Origin: Candidatus Saccharimonadota bacterium | GTDB lineage: Bacteria; Patescibacteriota; Saccharimonadia; Saccharimonadales; Saccharimonadaceae | Assembly (NCBI GenBank): GCA_025349965.1 | Contig: CP075337.1 | Coordinates: 660,001-692,000, forward strand | DNA: 32,000 bases | Direction: 5' to 3' | Shown: one piece after another, positions 1 to 12,757 of the stretch | Layout: every line of letters begins with the position of its first letter | Position numbering within the stretch: the stretch's first letter is position 1 | The notes under the pieces: model-generated | Databases searched by the model: none | What the model saw: only the letters and a program-made list of their open reading frames with translations | Told to the model about the DNA's origin: nothing | Program-made: the position numbers and the translations under genes

Positions 1-819
1 ATCGTAGCGATAGACACTGGGGGGACGAAGACGCTGATTGCTGGGTACAATGAGCGTGGTGCCATCACCACACAGTATAAGTTTGAAACACCAAAGAAAC
101 CTTCAGAATATATAGACACTTTACTCACCCACCTCACTGCTCTTTTTGGGGACAAAAAGATAACCGCGCTATCTCTTGCCGTCCCGGGCATCGTACGGAA
201 CGGAGTTGCGGTTCACTGCCCAAACCTTGGGTGGAACAACTTTCCAATCGTACGTGAGCTAAAAAGCGCGCTAGGGCCTAAGCTCCCTATCTTCCTCGAG
301 AACGATGCAAACCTTGCGGGCCTCGCCGAGGCACGTTCTTTTAGAACAATCCCCGATTCATGCCTCTACGTAACCATCAGTACCGGGATTGGAAGCGGTA
401 TTATTATTGACGGCAAGATTGACCGCGGCCTTGCTAACAGCGAAGCTGGACATGCACTTATTGAATACGATGGCGTCGTGCGTGAATGGGAATCATTCGC
501 TTCTGGCCAGGCGGTTTACAAAACCTATAAGAAAATGGCAAAAGATATCAAAAGCAAACGCACCTGGATGCAAATCGCCGACCGCATAAGTCGAGGTTTC
601 CTTGCAGTTATCCCAATCCTTCAACCTAATGTGATTGTGATTGGCGGAAGTATGGGTAGCCATTTTGAGAAATATGAACTATTCCTTAACGAAAAACTTA
701 AAAAGCACCTCCCAGACATGATTGCAGTTCCGAAAATCGTCCAAGCAAAACATCCAGAAGAGGCCGTTGTCTATGGCTGCTACTACCATGCCCTTGACCA
801 ACTTGCTGCAAAAGCTTAA
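1..819 (+). CDS. ROK-family sugar kinase (glucokinase-like), 5' end cut by the window edge
   Basis: Frame 1 is open from base 1 to TAA at 817-819. The translation starts IVAIDTGGTKTL (DxGGT phosphate-1 motif) and contains LENDANLAGLAEA and STGIGSGIIIDG, typical of ROK/glucokinases. The ORF track lists only the part from the in-frame GTG at 478. Confidence 0.85.
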   Translation: MVAIDTGGTKTLIAGYNERGAITTQYKFETPKKPSEYIDTLLTHLTALFGDKKITALSLAVPGIVRNGVAVHCPNLGWNNFPIVRELKSALGPKLPIFLENDANLAGLAEARSFRTIPDSCLYVTISTGIGSGIIIDGKIDRGLANSEAGHALIEYDGVVREWESFASGQAVYKTYKKMAKDIKSKRTWMQIADRISRGFLAVIPILQPNVIVIGGSMGSHFEKYELFLNEKLKKHLPDMIAVPKIVQAKHPEEAVVYGCYYHALDQLAAKA

Positions 820-1234
820 GTTAGATTTCCCACACCTCACCTTTGAAGAAGGGGCTGATTTCTTGTGGTCTCCAGAGAAATCAACAGTAACCTATAAAAA
901 AGAAGGCGACCCCGCCCTACTTCTTCACGAAATTGGACACGCACAGCTTCAGCACTCTGAATACACCCGCGATGTAGAGCTTATATCTATGGAACGATCT
1001 GCATGGGAAAAGGCAAAGGAGTTGGGCGCAGTATATAGGATTGTTATCTCTGACGATACAGTTGAGGACCACCTTGACACTTACCGCGACTGGCTTCATG
1101 CACGGAGCACGTGCCCATCATGCACTGCTGTTGGATATCAAACTGGACAATTCACCTACGCTTGCCCGGCCTGCAGCCAAGAGTGGCGCGTCAACGAGGC
1201 CCGCGTTTGTGGCTTACGAAGAACAAAACTATAA
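773..1234 (+). CDS. Hypothetical HExxH metallopeptidase-like protein with a C-terminal Cys4 zinc ribbon
   Basis: ORF 722..1234. It has an HEIGHAQLQH motif (HExxH, resembling the ImmA/IrrE DUF955 style) and CPSC...CPAC near the C-terminus. The start is uncertain: ATG 773 follows a gaagagg SD-like element, and ATG 788 or TTG 794/803 are also possible. The gene overlaps the ROK 3' end. Confidence 0.5.
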   Translation: MAATTMPLTNLLQKLKLDFPHLTFEEGADFLWSPEKSTVTYKKEGDPALLLHEIGHAQLQHSEYTRDVELISMERSAWEKAKELGAVYRIVISDDTVEDHLDTYRDWLHARSTCPSCTAVGYQTGQFTYACPACSQEWRVNEARVCGLRRTKL

Positions 1235-1239
1235 AAAAT

Positions 1240-1268
1240 AACCCCTCAAACACGAGGGGTTATTTTTT
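1240..1268. terminator. Bidirectional intrinsic terminator between convergent genes
   Basis: aacccctc-aaacac-gaggggtt hairpin, with an A-run upstream and a T-run downstream. It sits between the stop at 1234 (+) and the stop at 1286 (-). Confidence 0.7.
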
Positions 1269-1285
1269 ATTGAGATGAACTGGGA

Positions 1286-1483
1286 CTATTTATCCTCAGT
1301 CTTGCGGCGACGCGAAATACGTCCACCCTTTGCACCTGCAATACGTGCAAGTTCAGGGTTTGCTGCGAATCCACCAGTACGTCCAAGCTTTCCGCCCTTA
1401 CGTCCGATTTCAGCGTAAAAATTAGGGTTCTTTGCTAGGTTCTTTGCTGCTGCCTTCTGTCCGCCTGCTTTTGTTCCTGCCAT
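1286..1483 (-). CDS. KGG-repeat general stress protein (YciG/Con-10-like)
   Basis: ORF 1286..1519. The likely start is the internal ATG at 1483, preceded by aggag 8 nt upstream. The sequence MAGTKAGGQKAAAKNLAKNPNFYAEIGRKGGK...NPELARIAGAKGGRIS shows the repeated NPxxAxxxGxKGG stress-protein motif. Confidence 0.7.
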   Translation of the reverse strand: MAGTKAGGQKAAAKNLAKNPNFYAEIGRKGGKLGRTGGFAANPELARIAGAKGGRISRRRKTEDK

Positions 1484-1703
1484 GGGGTTATACTCCTGTG
1501 GGTTCACTTTCCCACACAATTAAAAAGATTTCCACACACCAAATGGCGTGGAAACCCTCATTTATACCTCACATATGCGATATCACTCGCAATGCTTATG
1601 ATTCCATAATATCATAGCTTATGCTTTTTGTCAAGTTTTACATGAGCATTATTTTATGGTTTTATATTATTTGCTATTTCACACTATTATGTTTATGCTA
1701 GTG

Positions 1704-1732
1704 TTGCATATATGCGAATCATGGGATATTAT
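1704..1732 (+). promoter_or_regulatory. Candidate sigma70-type promoter (TTGCAT-17-TATTAT)
   Basis: ttgcat at 1704-1709, a 17-nt spacer, tattat at 1727-1732, in an AT-rich intergenic region upstream of the 1926 gene. Confidence 0.35.
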
Positions 1733-1867
1733 AGATATAAGCCTTTGCGGTTCATATATCATATATGAAGTCAGTAAAGACGGCACCTGTTTGAATCTTT
1801 CTCAAAAATAAAGAAGATTCGTCAAAAAGCTTCTGGTTCGCAGCAACCACCACAAGAAGCACAAATG

Positions 1868-1904
1868 AAAACACCCGATCTGCGAGACGGGTGTTTTTGC
1901 TTTT
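1868..1904 (+). terminator. Intrinsic terminator-like hairpin 22 nt upstream of the M14 peptidase start (possible attenuator)
   Basis: acacccg (1871-1877), loop atctgcgaga, cgggtgt (1888-1894), followed by ttttgctttt. Confidence 0.55.
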
Positions 1905-1925
1905 GTTATACTATATGTAAGGCTT

Positions 1926-3845
1926 ATGGTTAAGAAAAACGCCCGCAATAGACCAAAAATAAATACCACAAAGAAATATACGTGGCCTTTATTAATAGGT
2001 GCACTCACGCTTGGCGTAGCAGTATATGGTTTTATCTTTCTTATACCTAAATCTATGACTCTCGCCTACGCGGATGACACTTGCGTGTCGCAGCTAACAA
2101 TCCTCCCCGGAATTCATAAATATAGTGCAGATACATATACTCTTCGAGTGGAAGGTGTTGTAAAGGCAGGAGAATTACCACTTGTAGCAACAACTCTCTG
2201 TGCCACACCAAAGACAGCGCCAACACCCGGAAACGCGACCGTAGCAGTTGCACCATTTAACGGCTGGTTATTTAAGAAATCTTTTATTATTACGGCGCCG
2301 GAACTGCCAAAAATGCAGTCAGCAACACTAGCAGACAAGCCAGTCTCGGCCGCGTTACCTCTTTCAATCCCCCTCTCGACAAAGGATACGCTCCATACCT
2401 ATCAACTCTCCGTAGCCAACAAGAGCACACCGTGCCACAACTCCGATAAAGATAGCTCTCTATCCTGCGATGTCGCACAGCTCCACCTTGCGCCAGGTAC
2501 GGAGTACTCAGCAAAGCTTACGAGAAGTTACAACGAGAAGGACACGACAACCCTTATAACAGATGATTTAAAAACCCTCCTCCCGCTCACTCTCCAGAAA
2601 GCAGATATTGAGACCGACCAGACCATCTACACCACTCCAGAGGGGACATCTTTTACTTTTGACAAACCACTGAAAGAGGCAGATGCAACACTGTCAAAGA
2701 AAGACAGCTCAGATACCATCAAGATACAAACCCTTACAGAAGGTGCCACACTACGTATCCAATTTCCCGAGAAAATGGAACGAAAAACTACTTACACGCT
2801 CGCGATACATCAGGCAGTAAGTGAAGATGGAAGCTCACTCGCGGAGCCAATTATGCGCACCTTTACTCTATCGGGAGGGCCAAAAGTAACTGGTATTTCA
2901 ATCGGTGCAAATAACATCCCTCAATCCGGCACAGCGACTATCACCTTCGACCAACCCATCCATGAGTCGATTGATATCGCTAAATTCATCTCCATCAAGG
3001 GCGTGCCTGGGGTAATTAAGCGCACAGGAGCCACTACTGCGAGCGTTACGCTTCAGAGCGCACCACTCTGCGCGCCCTTTACTATTACAGTAGCAAAGGG
3101 TATGAAGAGTGGTTCAAACGAAGAGGTCGCCGATACAGACTGGAGACACGACGGGCGCATTATATGTGGCACCTCTGCAGTTATTGGCTACTCCGTAAAG
3201 GGTCGCCCTATCGTTGCTTATTACTTTGGAAGTGGCGCAACAACCATTCTGTTTACGGGTGCTATCCACGGGAATGAAACAAGCGCCTACAGCACGATGA
3301 CAGGCTGGGTGAATCACCTTCAAGTGAACGCACATAAAATACCCGCCGGAAAACGCGTAGTAATTGTACCGAATATGAGCCCTGATGGTATTACCTCGGG
3401 CGCTCGCAACAATGCAAATAACGTTAATTTGGGACGTAACTTCCCTACCGCTAACTGGAAAGCTGATATCGAGACGGCCAACGGTGTCTTGAAGAACGGC
3501 GGCGGCACCTCGGCACTTTCTGAACCTGAAGCGAGAGCTTTAGCGAATCTCACCCGACAACTTCGCCCTCGTATCGAGATTTCCTTCCATGCGCAGGGGC
3601 GATTGGTTGGGGCGAATAAGTTTGGTGACTCGGTGCGCATTGGTGACATCTACGCCAACACAGTGGGATACAGAACTATGTACACTAACGCGGAAGCAGT
3701 GATGGGATATCCGATGACCGGTGAATATGAAGACTGGATGGGAGAAAGCATGGGGCTCCCGGCTATTTTAGTTGAGCTTCCGAGTCACTCGGGGAACTAT
3801 GTACAGTCGCAGTTAACGGCGCTTTGGAAGATGGTAACTATTTAA
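1926..3845 (+). CDS. Membrane-anchored M14-family zinc carboxypeptidase (gamma-D-glutamyl-DAP/cell-wall peptidase-like) with a long Ig-like N-terminal region
   Basis: 639-aa ORF with an N-terminal TM segment (WPLLIGALTLGVAVYGFIFLI). About 400 aa of beta-rich repeats follow. The C-terminal domain has AIHGNETS (HxxE zinc motif), NPDG, SFHAQG and a terminal ELP segment typical of M14 peptidases. Confidence 0.8.
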   Translation: MVKKNARNRPKINTTKKYTWPLLIGALTLGVAVYGFIFLIPKSMTLAYADDTCVSQLTILPGIHKYSADTYTLRVEGVVKAGELPLVATTLCATPKTAPTPGNATVAVAPFNGWLFKKSFIITAPELPKMQSATLADKPVSAALPLSIPLSTKDTLHTYQLSVANKSTPCHNSDKDSSLSCDVAQLHLAPGTEYSAKLTRSYNEKDTTTLITDDLKTLLPLTLQKADIETDQTIYTTPEGTSFTFDKPLKEADATLSKKDSSDTIKIQTLTEGATLRIQFPEKMERKTTYTLAIHQAVSEDGSSLAEPIMRTFTLSGGPKVTGISIGANNIPQSGTATITFDQPIHESIDIAKFISIKGVPGVIKRTGATTASVTLQSAPLCAPFTITVAKGMKSGSNEEVADTDWRHDGRIICGTSAVIGYSVKGRPIVAYYFGSGATTILFTGAIHGNETSAYSTMTGWVNHLQVNAHKIPAGKRVVIVPNMSPDGITSGARNNANNVNLGRNFPTANWKADIETANGVLKNGGGTSALSEPEARALANLTRQLRPRIEISFHAQGRLVGANKFGDSVRIGDIYANTVGYRTMYTNAEAVMGYPMTGEYEDWMGESMGLPAILVELPSHSGNYVQSQLTALWKMVTI

Positions 3846-3858
3846 CGAACTAAATATA

Positions 3859-4479
3859 TTAGCGCTTATAATAGAGTGTTCTAGCTTTTACCAGGGCGTC
3901 AAATGCAATATCTTCCGATTTAACGATCGGGTACTTATACACCTCCGCGTTACGGGGCGCCTCTATTGTAGTGTAAAGCTCGGGGGCAATACCTGCACTA
4001 TTCGCCTGCGCCATTCGGAACGCTTCCGCATGACCAACGACGAGCACCCTCTTACCCGTTGCAATCAACCCTAGAGAGATGTTTACTCGCTTCAGTCGAT
4101 CAGAGAAGTCCGCAAGCGACTCACCGCCTGCGACAACAATATCATTATCACTAGCCGCATAAAATTCTTGAATATCCCTACCCTGAAAGGTGCCGCCATT
4201 ACGCTCCTTTAGATCTTTTAAAGTAACGATGTCGCCCGTATACCCAATAGTATCGGCAATTTCGTAGGCAGTTTGCTGCGCTCTTATAAGTGGCGAGGTG
4301 ACAATTTTATCAAATACTACGCCTTTCTCAAGAAGCTGCGCGCCTGTCTCTCGAGCCTGTCGAATTCCTTCTTCTGTTAACTCGACATCCTTTTGACCAG
4401 CAAGGAAGCCGGCGGCGTTTGCCTCGCTTTGGCCATGCCGTGCAAAAAGTATTTCAGATGATAGATTTGTGTTTTTCAT
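3859..4479 (-). CDS. Histidine phosphatase family protein (phosphoglycerate mutase-like)
   Basis: 206-aa ORF. It has LFARHGQSEAN (RHG catalytic motif) near the N-terminus and VVGHAEAFR (second catalytic His) later. Confidence 0.85.
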   Translation of the reverse strand: MKNTNLSSEILFARHGQSEANAAGFLAGQKDVELTEEGIRQARETGAQLLEKGVVFDKIVTSPLIRAQQTAYEIADTIGYTGDIVTLKDLKERNGGTFQGRDIQEFYAASDNDIVVAGGESLADFSDRLKRVNISLGLIATGKRVLVVGHAEAFRMAQANSAGIAPELYTTIEAPRNAEVYKYPIVKSEDIAFDALVKARTLYYKR

Positions 4480-4590
4480 TATATTTATGTAATGATATCA
4501 TAAAATTACATAAAAGTCAACTATCTCCAGTGTTAGATGACACATTGATTAACCAAAAGGAAGAGCTTTCGGAGGGTATCCGGGGAAGAG

Positions 4591-4628
4591 AAAAAGACTA
4601 CCCTATTCGGATAGTCTTTTTATTTTTC
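4591..4628. terminator. Second (tandem) hairpin terminator downstream of the rRNA unit; readable on both strands
   Basis: aaagactaccc / ggatagtcttt stem with one mismatch. It is flanked by an A-run and ttttatttttc. Confidence 0.5.
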
Positions 4629-4675
4629 AACGAAATGAGCGAATAGATAGCTTGCTAGCTTTTCCGAATGAGGCA

Positions 4676-4707
4676 GAAAATGACAAAACCCCAGGTATTA
4701 CCTGGGG
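4676..4707 (-). terminator. Intrinsic terminator after the 5S rRNA
   Basis: Minus strand reads ccccaggt-aat-acctgggg followed by ttttgtcatttt, about 12 nt after the 5S 3' end. Confidence 0.75.
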
Positions 4708-4718
4708 TTATTGTATAA

Positions 4719-4830
4719 TTCGGCATCGTGCTAGTTTCCCACTTGTGGCAGTATAATCGCCGCTACTGAGCTTGACTTCTGTGTTCGGAATGGGAACAGG
4801 TATTTCCTCAGCGCCATGGACACCGAGGTA
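4719..4830 (-). rRNA. rrf: 5S rRNA
   Basis: The minus strand contains the universal 5S core cctgttcccattccgaacacagaagtcaagc. The terminal helix pairs tcggtgtc with gatgccga. Confidence 0.85.
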
Positions 4831-5055
4831 AGGTTTTCGACACTTTGCGCTGATATAACTTCATCAGTGGGTCAAAACCTCGCCTCGATGCCAATAGTTC
4901 TATGACTACTGTATCGATGCTTGCTGTAAGAACGCTTAAAATTGACGTTCTATAGTGAAAACTTGTGATTTTCACCAATTACTCGTTAAGTCTACCTAAT
5001 CTTCTCTAGTTAACTGGATCCTGTAACGGACGGAGTTAACTTTGAAGATAAGGAC

Positions 5056-8350
<3,295 letters not shown>

Positions 8351-8725
8351 ATTGACTTAACGAGTAATTGGTAACAACCAACTATTCGTAACCGTCAACT
8401 TTAAAAATAAATGTTTAACTAATTTTCATTAATTAAACGATATCGTTTCTTACATTAGTTGAATTGTTAATGTTCCTCCGCTCTCACTTGAGTGCGCATT
8501 TCGATCCACCAGAACTTATTAAGTTGGGTTTGGTGAGTCCCGTTCGCAATCAAGCTTTCTAAGCTTACCACTCTACGCATACTGTGTAAAGGGGTTTTTT
8601 GTTTTATTTTTTTAGATTTTTACTCGCACTTTTCATAAAAGAAAACCTCCTGCGATAATGTGTGCATTTGGTTTCACTTTTATTACCGCCAGAGGTTCTA
8701 TTGAACGTACGCTTAACTGTTCTTT

Positions 8726-8754
8726 ACTATAGCTGATTCATCAGAGTTTTGCAA
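8726..8754 (-). promoter_or_regulatory. Candidate promoter for the 23S-5S unit (TTGCAA-17-TATAGT)
   Basis: Minus strand reads ttgcaa aactctgatgaatcagc tatagt. It lies immediately downstream of the NUDIX stop and about 370 nt upstream of the 23S 5' end. Confidence 0.5.
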
Positions 8755-8804
8755 TAGTTTTTAAGGATTTCATTTAAATAATTCAGTTCCACCCCTAATA
8801 GCCA

Positions 8805-9233
8805 CTACTCCCCAAGAACAGTAAGTATATAGTCTGTATATTTTCCGGCGGGAATAACACCAGCTTCAATGTCCTGCCGAGACACCCAAGTCACCTCTTT
8901 CACCTCTACTGGATCTGCCGTAATAACAACGTCTTCTGCCAGTACGCCCGTATACATCAATATAATGCGGCTATCAAACCGAAGAAACTCACGGCGAACA
9001 ACATCAGTATACTCACCTTTTGAGAGGCCGAGTTCTTCAAAGAGTTCCCGCTCCAATGTATCGTCTGGTTGCTCCAACCCTTCAACATGACCACCAGGCA
9101 ACCCAAAACCACCACGTGGCAGTACAGTCATGAGTGCCTTGTCCCCCGTTTCATTCAAAAGAATGATCTTTGACGAGACCGGGTGACGTGGATAGGTTAA
9201 TTGTTTTACGGTTCTGCGGATTTTTTGATACAT
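8805..9233 (-). CDS. NUDIX hydrolase
   Basis: 142-aa ORF with a complete Nudix box, GGHVEGLEQPDDTLERELFEELGL (Gx5Ex7REUxEExGU). Confidence 0.85.
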   Translation of the reverse strand: MYQKIRRTVKQLTYPRHPVSSKIILLNETGDKALMTVLPRGGFGLPGGHVEGLEQPDDTLERELFEELGLSKGEYTDVVRREFLRFDSRIILMYTGVLAEDVVITADPVEVKEVTWVSRQDIEAGVIPAGKYTDYILTVLGE

Positions 9234-9299
9234 ATATATGTAGGCCTATTTTTAGGGTAATTATTAAAATGTCATTAAGAAATAAAAAACACCACAGAG

Positions 9300-9376
9300 T
9301 GGTGGGCGATGAGGGACTTGAACCTCCGACCTCGTCATTATCAGTGACGCGCTCTAACCAGCTGAGCTAATCGCCC
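9300..9376 (-). tRNA. tRNA-Ile (anticodon GAU), CCA encoded
   Basis: Minus strand reads gggcgattagctcagctggttagagcgcgtcactgataatgacgaggtcggaggttcaagtccctcatcgcccacca. The cloverleaf arms pair correctly and the anticodon loop is cuGAUaa. Confidence 0.9.
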
Positions 9377-9449
9377 ACGAATCCGTGGTGTCTTGGAAAG
9401 CTGTTCTGGTGGAGTGATGAAGACTTTCGCCTACTTCACCCCATACGTT

Positions 9450-9526
9450 TGGTGGAGCGTCGGGGACTCGAACCCCGGACCCCCTGCTTGCAAAGCAGGT
9501 GCTCTAGCCAACTGAGCTAACGCCCC
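9450..9526 (-). tRNA. tRNA-Ala (anticodon UGC), CCA encoded
   Basis: Minus strand reads ggggcgttagctcagttggctagagcacctgctttgcaagcagggggtccggggttcgagtccccgacgctccacca. It has the G3:U70 pair and the anticodon loop uuUGCaa. Confidence 0.9.
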
Positions 9527-9545
9527 ATTCGTACAGAACTCTATT

Positions 9546-9574
9546 ATTTTAGCGTATATCAGAGAGAAAGGCAA
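9546..9574 (-). promoter_or_regulatory. Candidate promoter for tRNA-Ala/tRNA-Ile (and possibly NUDIX) (TTGCCT-17-TAAAAT)
   Basis: Minus strand reads ttgcct ttctctctgatatacgc taaaat. The -10 element ends about 20 nt upstream of the tRNA-Ala 5' end. Confidence 0.5.
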
Positions 9575-9610
9575 GGTCTATTTGGTAGTTTAACAGTTTA
9601 ATTTCAAATA

Positions 9611-9644
9611 AAAAACTCCGGATCTGTTCCGGAGTTTTTCTTTT
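9611..9644. terminator. Strong hairpin terminator directly after the 16S trailer (bidirectional shape)
   Basis: aaaaactccgga-tctg-ttccggagttttt, with U-runs on both strands. On the minus strand it immediately follows the 3' half of the 16S processing stem. Confidence 0.65.
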
Positions 9645-9811
9645 GACAAATTAGTAGTGCAAACCGTATCATCGTCGGTTGTTTGCGAGATTTTTTGAAC
9701 TTAGTCCTATTCCAGTAAACTGGAATGAAATTAGTAAGTAAGCTCATCTCACTAAAAGGACCGACCTAGCTTCATACATAGATTGCTCGTATGTATGGCA
9801 TAACTCTCCCT

Positions 9812-11289
<1,478 letters not shown>

Positions 11290-11505
11290 AATGTGTCTCT
11301 TTCAGACACAAGACTCGCTAAACATAATTAACTGACGATGATAATTTCGCATAGAAATTATACAAAGGCGCGAAGCCCGTATAATCTCTATCGAAATAGA
11401 TTTGCACTACTAAATTGTCAAAGTTCAACTTTGTCTTTTTCTAACTCCACGTTAGAGTGGCGGGCTTAGGGGCTTTTTATTTGCCGTGCCGCTCAGACTT
11501 TACTT

Positions 11506-11534
11506 ATACTACCTGATGTTTTTACTTTGGTCAA
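11506..11534 (-). promoter_or_regulatory. Candidate 16S promoter (TTGACC-17-TAGTAT) with an upstream A/T-rich UP-like tract
   Basis: Minus strand reads ttgacc aaagtaaaaacatcagg tagtat, preceded by aaataaaataaaaaaatc. It lies about 215 nt upstream of the 16S 5' end. Confidence 0.5.
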
Positions 11535-11569
11535 CACCTAAAACGAAGATTTTTTTATTTTATTTGAAA

Positions 11570-12298
11570 TCAACGCACGTCGAGGCGAATAAAACCTTCC
11601 GCAAGACCATAGCCCGCTCGCTCGCCCACCACTTCCGCCATATGTCGGAAAAGCGTTTTTACTTGCTCCATTTCCGTAAACTGACTGGGGTGGGCTTCGA
11701 TTGCCCTGTCTTTAAGATGAAATACTTCAGTCACATCCTCGTAGTAAGTGGCCGAGTCAAAGTCGACTAATAACACCGTACCCACCTTGTGTGGAGCGAG
11801 CCCCTCAATAGCATGCTCTGGAAAAGTTAATCTGTCGCGCGCTAGTGGAAATACCGCATCGAGTACCGCCTGCCCAGCAGCACGATGATCTGGGTGATTA
11901 ATGCGGTGCGTCGTCTTTGAATAAATAACTGTTGGATCAAGTGTAATGACTGTATCCGGACGAAAGCGGCGAATCTCACGAACAATATCTCGCTTCAGGG
12001 CAAGTGTATTTTCAAGCTCACCATCGCCGTACGGCAAGAAAGTAACATTCTCGGGATTGCCACCAACTGCCTTCAGCCCATTGCGCTGCTCTTCTTGGCG
12101 GGTCTTAATAAGATTTTCCGTTGTCATATTGAGGTCATCAGACCCTTTACCACCGTCTGTCAGGATAAGGTACTCAACTTCGGCACCCTGCTGAATGTAT
12201 TTTGCAATAGTAGCCGCTGCCGTAACATCAAGATCATCCGGATGCGCGACAATACCCATCACACGCTTTGGCTGTAGTGGCTCAAATGCCTGATTCAT
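11570..12298 (-). CDS. PIG-L/LmbE-family N-acetylglucosaminyl deacetylase
   Basis: 242-aa ORF with VMGIVAHPDDLDV (AHPDD motif) and HPDH later. Its start overlaps the upstream stop by 1 nt (TAATG). Confidence 0.85.
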   Translation of the reverse strand: MNQAFEPLQPKRVMGIVAHPDDLDVTAAATIAKYIQQGAEVEYLILTDGGKGSDDLNMTTENLIKTRQEEQRNGLKAVGGNPENVTFLPYGDGELENTLALKRDIVREIRRFRPDTVITLDPTVIYSKTTHRINHPDHRAAGQAVLDAVFPLARDRLTFPEHAIEGLAPHKVGTVLLVDFDSATYYEDVTEVFHLKDRAIEAHPSQFTEMEQVKTLFRHMAEVVGERAGYGLAEGFIRLDVR

Positions 12299-12747
12299 TA
12301 GAACATTCCATTCGTTGAAATATGAAGTGCGTATGCAGCCATACCAACAAGAACACCCACAAAAGCGCCAACCGCCACTTCAAGTGGCGTGTGACCCTTT
12401 GCTACCCGAGGAAGGCGAACGGCACTTTTCTGCTCTTTAATAAGTGCCGTCAGCGATGCGCCCTGTTCGCCAGATGAACGGCGAACCATGACCGCGTCAT
12501 AAAGAACGACACTGGCAAACACAAGCGCAAGGCCAAAAAGCCCCGAAGTAATGCCATCGATAAGCCCGATTACTGTCAACACACCGACAACAGTGGCGCT
12601 ATGCGCGCTCGGCATATTTCCCGACCCATAGAGCTGACGGGGCGATACAAATCGACCCCGTTTCGCGCTAATAATAAGGTACTTGGCAGTCTGGGCAACT
12701 ACCCACCCTAAAATCCCTGCGATAATATATGGTGAGAAAATTGCCAC
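12298..12747 (-). CDS. Divergent PAP2-family membrane protein (DUF212)
   Basis: 149-aa ORF with multiple TM segments and a GNMPSAHSATV motif characteristic of DUF212/acid-phosphatase-related proteins. Confidence 0.75.
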   Translation of the reverse strand: MAIFSPYIIAGILGWVVAQTAKYLIISAKRGRFVSPRQLYGSGNMPSAHSATVVGVLTVIGLIDGITSGLFGLALVFASVVLYDAVMVRRSSGEQGASLTALIKEQKSAVRLPRVAKGHTPLEVAVGAFVGVLVGMAAYALHISTNGMF

Positions 12748-12757
12748 GTCCTATGCC

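Noticed and set aside
1802-2008. 68-aa minus-strand ORF and 61-aa plus-strand ORF (1432..1617) in the spacers around the KGG gene and the peptidase gene.
   Set aside because: They overlap a terminator hairpin or the start of the well-supported M14 peptidase or KGG genes. They have no SD and implausible composition.
4419-4646. 75-aa plus-strand ORF between the phosphatase gene and the 5S gene.
   Set aside because: It begins antisense inside the phosphatase gene and runs through promoter and terminator sequence. No SD is present and it does not look conserved.
11486-11770. 94-aa plus-strand ORF.
   Set aside because: It overlaps the 16S promoter region and the 3' end of the LmbE-like gene in antisense. 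The minus-strand annotation explains the sequence.
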